DNA of 64,000 nt. Source: an uncultured Thermoleophilia bacterium. Its GTDB lineage: Bacteria; Actinomycetota; Thermoleophilia; Gaiellales; Gaiellaceae. The stretch lies in contig CAWAKM010000007.1 in assembly GCA_963782615.1 (NCBI GenBank), positions 1,432 to 65,431 on the forward strand, given 5' to 3'. A program made the position numbers and the translations under genes. How positions within the stretch are numbered: the first letter of the stretch is position 1; each line of letters begins with the position of its first letter. Positions 46,499 through 56,342 of this stretch are shown piece by piece. The notes under the pieces were generated by a model, which did no database searches, had not been told where the DNA came from, and worked only from the letters and a program-made list of their open reading frames with translations.

Positions 46499-48310
46499 AT
46501 GTCCACCGCAGAATCCACGGTCGCTGCCTCTCGCGCCCTCGATGACCTGTATCGGAGCCATGCCGGCGAGGTGTACCGCTATGCATACGCCGTCCTCGGC
46601 AACCATGCCGATGCCGAGGACGTCATGCAGACGACGTTCGTCAACGCCCTCAGTGCCCTCGAACGGGGGGAAAGGCCTCGGAAGCCGTCGAACTGGTTGA
46701 TCACGATCACCCACAACATCGTGCGCCAGCGCTTCCGGCAGCAGCAGGCCCGTCCTATCGAGGTGGAGCTCAACCGCGACGTCGTCGCCCAGGAGGCGGC
46801 GGACAACAGTGGCCCGTCGATCGAGGAGCTCGTCCGGGGGCTCCAGCGCCTTCCCCAGAGCCAACGCGAGGCGCTCGTCCTGCGCGAGCTGGAAGGTCGC
46901 TCGTACAACGAAATTTCGCAGATCCTGGATCTCTCCAAGAGCGCACTCGAGACACTCCTCTTCCGTGCCCGCCGCTCCCTCGCGGACGAGCTCGAGAATG
47001 CCGCCACGTGTGGGCAGGCCGAGCTCGACTTCTCCCGACAGCTCGACGGTCGCCTCTCCCGCAAGGAACGCAAGCGGCTCGACGACCACATCGCCGGATG
47101 CCCGTCCTGTAAGCGCCTGCAGGAGGCCCAGGGCAGGCGGCGGCGCGCCTTCAAGGGCCTCGCTCTGCTTCCTCTGCCTCTATCGTTGACGATGTTCAAG
47201 GGAGCCCCGACTGCCTCGGCCGCGACAGGGCAGCCGACGATCGGCGCCGCTGGCACCGCAGTGGTCGTGAGCGGCAGCCCCGCAACCGGCGCTGGTGGCG
47301 CCGCCGCGCTCAGCGGGCTCGCACTCGGAGGTGTCGCCCTCAAGGCGGTCGCTGTCGTCGCGGCCGTATCGGTCGCGAGTGGCGTCGGCTATGTCGGCAC
47401 GAAGGAAGTGCAAAGCTACTACGATCCGGCGAAGAAATCGCCCGTGACAGCAGGCACTCTGGCGCCGGCAAAGCCCCATCCGACAAATGCGGGCGGCACT
47501 CAGCCAAATGCGGGCGGCACTCAGCGGTCGGAGGCGACGACCACGAGGAGCAAGGCGAGTGCCGAGGGATCCTCGGGCGCAGCCTTCCCGACCGGATCGA
47601 GCCGCATCGCAACCGCATCCGGTCAGCCGGGCTCGGCTCCCGGTCGCGCGAAGCTTACGCAGACACGCGTGGCGAAGCGGACCTCCCACCCTGCACAGCC
47701 GGCGGGCATCAGGACGTCGAGCCCACGAGCGACGAAGGCAGTCGCGAAGCCGAAAACCTCAGATGTGAAGGCGGCAACGACCATGCCCCGGAAAGCGTCG
47801 CGCCCCACGGCGAGGCAAGAGAGCGGTCCGGCGACGAGAAGTGCGAAGACATCCGGCGTCTCAGACAACACGCGGTCGGCGCTGACACGTCCGGCGGGCC
47901 GCCGGACAGTAAGGCCAAGGCGCGGTCACCCTCCCTGCTCTCGCCCGCGAGTCCGCTTCGCTGACCACTGCGGTCCCAAGCAAGTGATCGCCCGAGCTTC
48001 GCGCAGGTCGCGCCCGCGACATCATGCCGAGGTAGCCGAAAATCGGCTGGTCGTACCTCGATCGAGGGGATCTCGAGGCGGAACGCGCAAGTTGCGCCCG
48101 ATTCCTGCGTCTTCTGGGATGAACCCCATGCAGGGAGACCACGATGCTGTTCAAGATGCTCGCCGTGACCGGCGCTATCGCGATGCTCGGTGTCTCCGCT
48201 GCGATGGCGGCTCCGCCCACCGGGAAGAGCACGGGCAAGCCCGCACCGACCGGAAGCGCCTGCAAACCGAGGGTTTCGGTCATCCTGACAGGCTCGATCA
48301 CAGCCCATAG
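46499..48310 (+). CDS. ECF sigma factor fused to a zf-HC2 anti-sigma domain, TM segment and low-complexity tail (3' end uncertain)
   Basis: DAEDVMQTTF, NWLITITHN, LPQSQREALVLRELEGRSYNEI, HIAGCPSC; the ORF tail overlaps the next gene, so the true end is probably ~47.9 kb. Confidence 0.8.
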   Translation: MSTAESTVAASRALDDLYRSHAGEVYRYAYAVLGNHADAEDVMQTTFVNALSALERGERPRKPSNWLITITHNIVRQRFRQQQARPIEVELNRDVVAQEAADNSGPSIEELVRGLQRLPQSQREALVLRELEGRSYNEISQILDLSKSALETLLFRARRSLADELENAATCGQAELDFSRQLDGRLSRKERKRLDDHIAGCPSCKRLQEAQGRRRRAFKGLALLPLPLSLTMFKGAPTASAATGQPTIGAAGTAVVVSGSPATGAGGAAALSGLALGGVALKAVAVVAAVSVASGVGYVGTKEVQSYYDPAKKSPVTAGTLAPAKPHPTNAGGTQPNAGGTQRSEATTTRSKASAEGSSGAAFPTGSSRIATASGQPGSAPGRAKLTQTRVAKRTSHPAQPAGIRTSSPRATKAVAKPKTSDVKAATTMPRKASRPTARQESGPATRSAKTSGVSDNTRSALTRPAGRRTVRPRRGHPPCSRPRVRFADHCGPKQVIARASRRSRPRHHAEVAENRLVVPRSRGSRGGTRKLRPIPASSGMNPMQGDHDAVQDARRDRRYRDARCLRCDGGSAHREEHGQARTDRKRLQTEGFGHPDRLDHSP

Positions 48311-48569
48311 CGCGCCTGCCTCAGTGGCCGTCGGACTGTCGGGCGGGAACAACCACGCGAAGGCCTACCGCACGGCGCACCGGCCAGTGACAATACTCCT
48401 CACGACTGCCACAAAGAGCATTCGCGGCAACTCACATGATGCTCTGAGCCTCGTAGCCGGCGATCGAGTGAACGTGCGTGCCGTCGTCTGCAAGGCGGAT
48501 CTCGCCAATGGCGCGACTCCTGCGCTCACCGCTCTACGGTTCGTCGCCCACCCCGCCAAGAGCAGCTAG
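48144..48569 (+). CDS. Hypothetical secreted protein
   Basis: RBS AGGGAG, signal peptide ending AMA-A, two Cys, OB-like alternating pattern. Confidence 0.7.
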   Translation: MLFKMLAVTGAIAMLGVSAAMAAPPTGKSTGKPAPTGSACKPRVSVILTGSITAHSAPASVAVGLSGGNNHAKAYRTAHRPVTILLTTATKSIRGNSHDALSLVAGDRVNVRAVVCKADLANGATPALTALRFVAHPAKSS

Positions 48570-48575
48570 ACGAAC

Positions 48576-48625
48576 GGGTAGGGGACGAAGCCGAGTATGG
48601 TCTTTCTCCGCTCCGTCCCCAACCC
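48576..48625 (+). terminator. Hairpin after the secreted-protein gene
   Basis: GGGTAGGGGACG / CGTCCCCAACCC with one mismatch. Confidence 0.4.
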
Positions 48626-48737
48626 ACCCGACGCTCATCGGCCCGGCGAACCTCCGACTCCCTCGGAATCCACGACCAAACCGCCCGACGGCCGCACATC
48701 GATGACTGGATGGCTGACACGCTCCCTGCGGCACGGT

Positions 48738-49030
48738 CTACACCGGCGCCTCGGCGGCAGCAAAGCAATCGGCCCACGCAAGCCGTGGTGAACCAACTGA
48801 CCGCTCCTGCGGACCTTGCTTCCGGCCCTCGCCGAAAGTGCGGACAGCCGAAGGTAGTGTGGTCACGAAGGCCTGTCCGCCGGGTGAGAGGGGTCTGCCC
48901 GCAAGTCGGGCGACAGAGAACTTTCTCCGCAGGGGTTGACGTCCTGCGAGGCGGAAGTGTTCCAGTTCGCCTCCCTCGATTTCTTCAGCGACTGCGTCGC
49001 GGAGAGGAAGGCGAATCCGAGCCCGCTCGA
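48738..49030 (-). pseudogene. Possible LysR-type substrate-binding C-terminal remnant
   Basis: LPLRDAVAEEIEGGELEHFRLAGRQPLRRKFSVARLAGRPLSPGGQAF. Confidence 0.4.
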
Positions 49031-49160
49031 TAGGCCCGCTTGACCGCCTTACTGGAGCCGAGCTCCCAGGCGACGCCCAGACCGCACCGATACCGTCCGA
49101 CTCCACTCGCCAGTCGTCATCGAGGTTCTCGCCGGGGCAAAGGAGGGCAAATGCTAGACC

Positions 49161-51146
49161 TTGCCTATCGAGTACGCCGCCTCGCGCCCGCTGGCCGCAC
49201 TTACGCTGCGATCCGACGCGGTCGGAACGGTGTTGCCGGGCGTTCTGCTGGTCGGGTGTGTCGCTTCGGCCGACGGCGGTTACTCGACGGAGAAGTGGGC
49301 ATGGCTTGCGGCTCTGACGTTCGTCCCGGCGGCGGTCGTCCTGGTCGAGCGAGGCGGTGCGTGGCTCGGCTGGCTCGCGTTCGCGGCTCCTGCTCGCGTT
49401 CGGCTGCTGGACGCTGCTGTGAGCGCGCGCGCGCGCCGCATCTTCGGCAGCGTCCTCGTCGGGGCGGCCCTCGCGGGCATCGGAGTGCTATGGGTCCTGG
49501 AGGGGTCTCCGGTCTCGCTCGCCCGGTCGGCCTGGACGCGGTTCCTCAGCTCGCCGGAGAAGCCTTCGAATTTCGCCACCGGGACCCAGAAGGTATCCAA
49601 ATTCGGCGTATACGAAGTAGTCCTAACTGGCGACGGCGGGGTCGGTAATCCCTACGACACGATAGCCTCGGTTACGTTCATTCCGCCCTCTGGCGCCGCG
49701 AATGCCGAGACGGTTGAAGCATTCTATGACGGCGGCAATACCTGGCGGGCACGCGCCTACGTCGGAGAGGCTGGATTGTGGCGTTGGACAACAACGTCTT
49801 CCGACCCAGGCCTGGATCACAAGAGCGGCTCATTCGCGTGTGTGGCTACCACGCCGAGGCTGCGTGGTCTGATCGAGAAGCACTCAACCAACTCGAAGTA
49901 CTGGGCGACGGACGATGGACAGACGTTCATCGGGATCGCGGATACTGCCTACAACCTCTTTGGCAGGACGTGGGATGACGGCACCACCCCGATCAGTGAA
50001 GCCACCTTTGAGCAATATGTCACCGAAGATGAGGCACGTAATGTCAATTTGATCTTCGCTGACATGAACGGTGGGGGTTACAGGGATCCCCACTGGACGA
50101 ACATCTTTTCAGACCCTGGTGTATACGACAAGCCGAATCTGGCGGCGTTTCAAGCGACAGATCGCAGGTTGACGTGGCTCCTGAACAACTACCCTGGGGT
50201 CTACATCAAACTTGATGTGTTACCAGAGAACAGCGAAGGCACCGCCAGTGATGCCCAACCTGACAATACTTTCTGGAATAGACTTACTCAAACCAAGAAA
50301 ACTCGACTAATGCGGACTATTCTCGGACGTTATGCGGCTTTCCCCGAGATCATTTGGATGTTCACCAACGATACGAAGTATGGTTCAGGTTATTCCAGGA
50401 ATACGGCAATGATCGATGAGGTCGGAACGTACTTCAAGGCCAACGACCCCTGGGATCACCTACGAGCCACGGGGCAGAATCGAGGTCAGGAGTACTATTT
50501 CCAGAACGCCCCCTGGAACACCTACGTCAGCCTCGAAACCGCGGCAGCCCTGGGGGCTGATCAAATAGCCACGTATTCCGCACTTCCTCAACATGTCTTC
50601 AACTCTGAAGATTGGTATGAGGGAGCCGGAATCACCAATCCGGCCTATTTCTTTCGCTGGCTGACCTGGTCGTGGATTCTCTCTGGCGGCACCGCAACAT
50701 ACGGTAATGCGAATTACGATTCGTTCGTTCCCTACACCACGGCGGAGTGGCATGGACTCGACTCGGTGCAGCATATCGGCCCGTATCTCACAGAGAAGGG
50801 CATCGATATTTCGCGCTTTACCGACGCCGATGACCTTGCCTTCGAAAGCGATGGCGCCACCGGAGATCGTCGTGTCCAGATGATGCGAAACGGGACTATT
50901 CAGTACGTCGCCTATCACCCGAACTCGGCTGAGGCAAGTGTCCGCGCGGGCTTGAAATCATCCGTCGCAAGGATGAGAATCGATCTTCGAGACGCGCCTG
51001 GAACATTCAAGATCGAATGGTTTCGAGCAAGCGATGGGATCACAATGAGCGGGGGCTCAGTAGCCGGGGGAGCCACCCGTGATTTTGTTGCCCCCTGGGT
51101 TGGCGCTGATGTCGTGTTGTACTTGAAGAGCGCAGCTCCGCCGTGA
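49161..51146 (+). CDS. Chimeric protein: membrane N-terminus fused to DUF5060 + DUF4038 (apiosidase-like GH) + collagen-binding-like domain
   Basis: GNPYD, AFYDGGNTWRAR, DGQTFIGIADTAY, WMFTND, NDPWDHLR, FKIEWFR..DG; start uncertain. Confidence 0.75.
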   Translation: MPIEYAASRPLAALTLRSDAVGTVLPGVLLVGCVASADGGYSTEKWAWLAALTFVPAAVVLVERGGAWLGWLAFAAPARVRLLDAAVSARARRIFGSVLVGAALAGIGVLWVLEGSPVSLARSAWTRFLSSPEKPSNFATGTQKVSKFGVYEVVLTGDGGVGNPYDTIASVTFIPPSGAANAETVEAFYDGGNTWRARAYVGEAGLWRWTTTSSDPGLDHKSGSFACVATTPRLRGLIEKHSTNSKYWATDDGQTFIGIADTAYNLFGRTWDDGTTPISEATFEQYVTEDEARNVNLIFADMNGGGYRDPHWTNIFSDPGVYDKPNLAAFQATDRRLTWLLNNYPGVYIKLDVLPENSEGTASDAQPDNTFWNRLTQTKKTRLMRTILGRYAAFPEIIWMFTNDTKYGSGYSRNTAMIDEVGTYFKANDPWDHLRATGQNRGQEYYFQNAPWNTYVSLETAAALGADQIATYSALPQHVFNSEDWYEGAGITNPAYFFRWLTWSWILSGGTATYGNANYDSFVPYTTAEWHGLDSVQHIGPYLTEKGIDISRFTDADDLAFESDGATGDRRVQMMRNGTIQYVAYHPNSAEASVRAGLKSSVARMRIDLRDAPGTFKIEWFRASDGITMSGGSVAGGATRDFVAPWVGADVVLYLKSAAPP

Positions 51147-51608
51147 GCGCCCGGTCAACACCGGGCACCCGACGGTCATCGAGACAGACCGCCTGCTGCA
51201 GCGATCGTTCTCCGCCCTCGCCCTGCGAATCCACGCGCCGGTCTTGTTGCTCGTGCGTGATGCGATGACCTGGCCGCCCGCTGATCCGCGCTACCGCTGA
51301 CTCCGTTACCCGGGACCACAGAGGCCTAGCAACGGTCAAGTGCCGCGCCGCAGCGTTCCACAGCGGCTGAAATCTTGTGGGCGAGGTTCGCGTCAGCTTA
51401 CTTCGTTTACTAATGGCATGCCGTTGCGGACGAGTCGCGCGACTGCTTTCGCGCACCAGCGTTTCTAGCGAGACTAGTTCTCGGCGACTCGCGCCGGGTT
51501 CTGGCTGCACCACGACTCGGTGTAGCCCTGGGCGAAATCACGCAGCCGATCTGTGGCGGGCGTCATCGGGCTTCCTCCCGTGGTTCGCAGGCGTCGACAT
51601 CTCCGGGC

Positions 51609-53159
51609 TTGCCGCGAGATCTTCTCGAAGACGCGCCGACGTGTCCGGCGTCGCCTGCGCCAGTTCGGGTTCTGTCACACGAGAGACCGCCATGCAGTGG
51701 CGTAAACTCGCGGCAGCACTTGGCTCGGGAGGGTCCCATTTCTGCCCACGGAGCGGTTGATCGACTCGTCGCCCAAGAAGCAACGCCGTTCTCGGATGTC
51801 TCAACGGACGGAGCCGGCCGAGTTGCGGTTAGCCCATGGCGCCGACCCAGACGCGAAGGGCTCCTCCTCGCTCTAGTGGCGGTCGCTGCGCTCTCACCGC
51901 TGTACATGCTCAACGCACAGGACGTGTCCCGTGTCTGTCTTGCCCGTGCGCTTGCGCATTTCGAGCTAGCGGCGGACGCGTGCCTCTCGGACGCTCTCGA
52001 CCGATCCAGCTACGGCGGTCACCTCTACTCGGACAAGGCCCCGGGAATGTCGGCACTCGAAGTTCCGGTTGTGGCAGCGCTACACATCCCAGTTGCCCGC
52101 GAATGGCCCTACCCGATCTATAGGAGTCTTTGGCCGACGCGTGTGTTGACTGCCGGCCTCGCCTTCCTCGGGTGCGCGTTTCTGGTGGGGCGGCTATCCG
52201 AGGGCATTGCCCCGGGGTTCGGCGGGTTGACGCTTGTCACGTTTGCGATTGGCACTCTCGTGGCGCCGCTCGCGGCCGCGAACTTCGATCACGTCCCAGC
52301 CGCGGCCCTCGGGTTTCTGGCTTTCACTCTCGCATGGAAGCGGCGACCTCACCTCGCGGGACTGGCGGCGGGCGCGGCCCTGTTCGTCGAGTACCAATCG
52401 ACTGTCCTCATCGTGATTGTCGGCATCTACGTCGCGCTGCAGGGCCGCTGGGCGGTTCTGAACTATGCTCGCGGCGTCCTGCCGGGAGCTGCGCTCTTGT
52501 GGACATACAACTGGATGGCGTTCGGGGCGCCGTGGCGGCCGTCCTACAAGTTCGTGGCGAACGAATACGCCGGCGACCAGTCCCACGGCGTGTTCGGCGT
52601 AAGCCTGCCACGCGCGCACTCGGTCTACGACGTGATGATCGGAAACAAAGGGATTCTCGTAGTCTCTCCCGTCACGCTGGCGGCGGCGGCGGGACTCGTA
52701 CTCCTAAGCCGACGGTACCGGGCCGAGGCGCTGACATGCGGGGCTGTGGTGGCCGCATACCTGGTGGTCAGCTGTGGGTACTTCCTACCTTACGGCGGAG
52801 TATCTCCGGGGCCGCGTTTCGTCGTCCCGGCGCTCCCCTTCCTTGCGCTCGGACTACCCCTCGCATTCGCTCGCCTCCCGCGAACGACAGCCCTGCTGGC
52901 GGCCGTGTCGGTTCTCGCGATGACGGCTGTCACCCTCACCTGGACGCAGGCCACGCTGTACCGGCATACCGTCTGGGGAGAGATCGCACGACTTGCGGTA
53001 GACGGTAGATCGTCACGACTTGTGCAAAGCCTGTCGTCGAACGCACTGGGATGGTTGGGCGCCGGACCGGACCTCTCCGCACTTGTGGTGACAGGCTGCG
53101 CCGCGGGCGCACTTGCGCTGGCACTGCGATCCACACCGCGCCGATCACTCAAAGAGTAA
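51609..53159 (+). CDS. Polytopic membrane protein, GT-C glycosyltransferase-like
   Basis: About 12 TMs, LYSDKAPGMS, ALFVEYQ, GPRFVVPALPFL; start uncertain. Confidence 0.65.
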   Translation: MPRDLLEDAPTCPASPAPVRVLSHERPPCSGVNSRQHLAREGPISAHGAVDRLVAQEATPFSDVSTDGAGRVAVSPWRRPRREGLLLALVAVAALSPLYMLNAQDVSRVCLARALAHFELAADACLSDALDRSSYGGHLYSDKAPGMSALEVPVVAALHIPVAREWPYPIYRSLWPTRVLTAGLAFLGCAFLVGRLSEGIAPGFGGLTLVTFAIGTLVAPLAAANFDHVPAAALGFLAFTLAWKRRPHLAGLAAGAALFVEYQSTVLIVIVGIYVALQGRWAVLNYARGVLPGAALLWTYNWMAFGAPWRPSYKFVANEYAGDQSHGVFGVSLPRAHSVYDVMIGNKGILVVSPVTLAAAAGLVLLSRRYRAEALTCGAVVAAYLVVSCGYFLPYGGVSPGPRFVVPALPFLALGLPLAFARLPRTTALLAAVSVLAMTAVTLTWTQATLYRHTVWGEIARLAVDGRSSRLVQSLSSNALGWLGAGPDLSALVVTGCAAGALALALRSTPRRSLKE

Positions 53160-53384
53160 GGAGAAACGGGCACACAGCTGCCGCGACGATCCAGCCGAGG
53201 CGAGAGGGTTTGCCGTGGAGACCGCCTGAGGCCTGAGAAGGTGGCGAACTGTAGCGAGATGAGCGGGCCGCCTGCGTCCCGCTGGCCGTTGCCGGCCAGG
53301 ACGCCACGATCTGCGCTGTCCGTTCATACTCGCAATGGCCGGTCGTCCGCGATCGGGGTCGGGAGTACAAGATTAGGGGTGTGC

Positions 53385-55070
53385 ATGGCTCAAAGATCGA
53401 CTCGTCGCTTGCCGCTCGTCGTTCTCGGGCTCGTCGTCGTGCTGCTCCACGCTGAGGTGGGCGCGTCAAGCCCGGGTGGCACCAGGGCCGATGCGAAAAT
53501 CCTCCGGATCGGGACGACGTTCTACGTCGACACACTGAACCCGTTGGTCGGGATCGAAACGAACGACACGACGGCCTACACGATGATCTTCCCGCAACTC
53601 GTCCAGTACGAGCCTGGCCCGAAGATCGCCGGCGACTGGGCATCGAGTTGGTCGCACAGCAAGGACGGGCTCACCTGGACGTTCCACCTGCGGAAGGGGA
53701 AGTGGTCGGACGGTGTTCCTCTCACCGCGCAGGACGCCGTGTGGACGATCCGCACGGTCATCAAGTACAAGTCAGGCCCCACCTCGTATGTGGCAAGCGC
53801 GGTCGAGGGGGTAAAGGGAGCGTCGGCGCCGAATCCGCAGACGCTGGTGATCACCTATGACCGACCCATCGCGCCTGCGCTGTCGAACCTGGCGCAGTTC
53901 TTCGTCCTGCCACAGCACGTCTGGTCGAAGAAGCTCGGCAAGAACGGGACGGGCCTGAAGGAGTTCAAGCCGCAGGAGGAGTTACCGGTGGTTGCCGGCG
54001 GCCCCTACACCGTCACGCAGTTCGAGCAAAAGGGCACGACGGCCTTCAAGCCCAACCCGTACTTCTACGGCCCCAGGTCGCAAGCCGCCGGCGTGGCGCT
54101 GACCTACTACACGAATGCGACTTCGATGGCGGTCGACATGGAACGCGGCAACCTCGAGTTCATCGACGCGCTGCCGTACGGCGCCGCCAACGCGGTGAAG
54201 GGAAAGCAGGGGATCACCGTGAACTTCGGGGCCGGCTCAGAGGTCACGAACCTCGGCTTCAACTCCAACCCGAAGAAGTCGAAGAACCGCGAGCTCTTGA
54301 GCCCCCGCCTGAAGGAGGCGTTCGAGTACGCGATTCCACGCCGGCAGATCATCGACGTCGTCTTCAGCGGCCACGCAGAGCCGTGGGCGAACATCTTGTC
54401 GCCCGCGTCGAAGGCCGAGGGTTGGCTCAACCCTGCCGTCAAGCCGCTTCCGTACAGCGCTGCCAAGGCAAACACGATCCTCGACTCGCTCGGCTACGAG
54501 CGCGGCGCGAACGGGCTCCGGGTCGTCCCGGCAACGAACGGGAGGTACGCGCAACCCGCGCATGCGATGAGCTACAGCGTCATAGTCCCGAAGGATCTCG
54601 ACTTCAACGGCGAGCGCCAGTTCGACATCCTCGCCACGGCCTTCAAGAAGGTCGGCGTAAAACTCACCCTGACGCCCGGTGGGGACGGCGCCACGGCCTA
54701 TGAACTCATCACGGCCCCGAACGGCAAGTACCTGAAGGCCGACATGTACACGTGGTACTGGCACCCCTACATCGACCCGTCCTTCAACCTCTCAGTCGTC
54801 ACGAAGGCAGAGTGGTACAACAACAGCGACACCGGTTTCGACGATCCGCTCTACGACAGGTGGTGGAAGACGCAGAGCTCGCTCGTCGACTTCAAGCGGC
54901 GGCAGGCGCTCGTGTGGAAAATGGAGGCGTATCTCGCACAGAAACGCCCCTACATCCAGCTCGTCGTCGCCGACGCGATCACCGCGCATGCGGCCAGTTG
55001 GACGGGGTTCGAGCCGAGCCTCGGGGGGTCCTGCAAGTGTTACTACACCTCTCCGCACCCGTTGTCCTGA
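53385..55070 (+). CDS. ABC transporter substrate-binding protein, family 5 (peptide/nickel)
   Basis: Signal peptide, LASSW-like DWASSW..SKDGLTWTFHLRKGKWSDGVPLTAQDA, GGPYTV, FKPNPYFYG. Confidence 0.9.
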   Translation: MAQRSTRRLPLVVLGLVVVLLHAEVGASSPGGTRADAKILRIGTTFYVDTLNPLVGIETNDTTAYTMIFPQLVQYEPGPKIAGDWASSWSHSKDGLTWTFHLRKGKWSDGVPLTAQDAVWTIRTVIKYKSGPTSYVASAVEGVKGASAPNPQTLVITYDRPIAPALSNLAQFFVLPQHVWSKKLGKNGTGLKEFKPQEELPVVAGGPYTVTQFEQKGTTAFKPNPYFYGPRSQAAGVALTYYTNATSMAVDMERGNLEFIDALPYGAANAVKGKQGITVNFGAGSEVTNLGFNSNPKKSKNRELLSPRLKEAFEYAIPRRQIIDVVFSGHAEPWANILSPASKAEGWLNPAVKPLPYSAAKANTILDSLGYERGANGLRVVPATNGRYAQPAHAMSYSVIVPKDLDFNGERQFDILATAFKKVGVKLTLTPGGDGATAYELITAPNGKYLKADMYTWYWHPYIDPSFNLSVVTKAEWYNNSDTGFDDPLYDRWWKTQSSLVDFKRRQALVWKMEAYLAQKRPYIQLVVADAITAHAASWTGFEPSLGGSCKCYYTSPHPLS

Positions 55071-55073
55071 CCC

Positions 55074-56012
55074 GTGCCGGGCTCGCTTTTCCGCGAGGAC
55101 GGCGTCTGGTTGCGCTGCCAGCTGCACGCACACACGACGAACTCCGACGGCGAGGCGTCACCGGCCGCTCTCTGTGACCACTACGCGGAGGCGGCCTTCG
55201 ACGTCCTCGCGATCACCGACCACTGGCACGTGACCGAGGTCGACCACGACCGGCTCGTCGTCCTCCCCTCCAGCGAGCTCACGGCCCATGCGCCGTCCTC
55301 CCACGGTGAGGCCGAGGCGCTCGCCCTCGGAGTTTCCGAGCTGCCCGAGGTGAGAGAGCCCTTTCCGGACATCGAGGCGTTGGCAGCGTGGATCGTCGGG
55401 CACGGTGGCGTCCCCTTTCTCTGTCATCCCTACTGGAGTGGACTGCGGGTGGAGGACGTTCTTGCGGCGTCGTCCCTCGTAGGTCTCGAGATCTGGAACG
55501 GCGGCTCGGAGGTGCTGCAGGGCAACGGCCTCTCGACCGTACACTGGGACGACGCGCTCCAGCAGGGCCGTCTGCTGACGGGAATCGCGACCGACGATTG
55601 CCACTCGCCTGGACAGGACAGCGGCTTCGGCTGGACCTGGGTGCTGGCCGAGGAGCGTTCTGCGTCGGCCGTCGTGGACGCGCTGCGTCGTGGCCGCGCC
55701 TACGGCTCTGCTGGACCGCTGCTGCTCGACGTGGCGATCACGGAGGAGTCTGTCGTCGTGCGCTGTTCGCCGGCGAGGTCCGTGCGCCTGCGCTCCGGGC
55801 CGTGGGACGGCTGCGGCGTCAACGCCGACGCAACGATGGGCAGCTGGCGCGGCGAGGCCCGCGAACGCGACGCCGCCGGACTCGTCACCGAGGCCCGCTT
55901 CGAGTACCCGGAGTTCTGGCGCTGGGCCCGGGTCGAGGTCGAGGACGAGCGCGGCCGCCGTGCATGGAGCAACCCATTCCTGCTGCCCGGGGAGGCGCAG
56001 ACCCCGGCCTGA
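55074..56012 (+). CDS. PHP-domain (CehA/McbA-like) metallohydrolase
   Basis: QLHAHTTNSDG, AITDHW, CHPYW, LEIWNG, ATDDCH, GRAYGSAGP, AWSNPF. Confidence 0.85.
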   Translation: MPGSLFREDGVWLRCQLHAHTTNSDGEASPAALCDHYAEAAFDVLAITDHWHVTEVDHDRLVVLPSSELTAHAPSSHGEAEALALGVSELPEVREPFPDIEALAAWIVGHGGVPFLCHPYWSGLRVEDVLAASSLVGLEIWNGGSEVLQGNGLSTVHWDDALQQGRLLTGIATDDCHSPGQDSGFGWTWVLAEERSASAVVDALRRGRAYGSAGPLLLDVAITEESVVVRCSPARSVRLRSGPWDGCGVNADATMGSWRGEARERDAAGLVTEARFEYPEFWRWARVEVEDERGRRAWSNPFLLPGEAQTPA

Positions 56013-56342
56013 GGCGAGTGCACGCTCCAACGTCGCCTTGAGGTATTCCAAGCGGGCCCTGCGTGGTTGTTGGCGCACTCTCTGGGGGGCGCCCGAGGAG
56101 ACCAGTCGAGGCTGCAACGCAGCTTCCCTTCACCGGTTGGGACAGCCGGGGCGCTGATCGGTCTGCGCCGACACAAACGCCACCTCGGCCGGGAATCTGC
56201 ACGTCCACCACACCGTCGCCGGCTCATCGGTCCTTCGTCACCGACTCGCACCTCACCGTCGACCGGTGCAGAAACCGGCTCCGCTCAACACCTCAGCGCA
56301 GGTCAGCAGCCCGCTCCCGTCACCGCTGTTGCCCCTCCGGAG

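Noticed and set aside
47484-47525. 21-bp tandem duplication (PNAGGTQ x2)
   Set aside because: Ordinary slippage in a low-complexity linker
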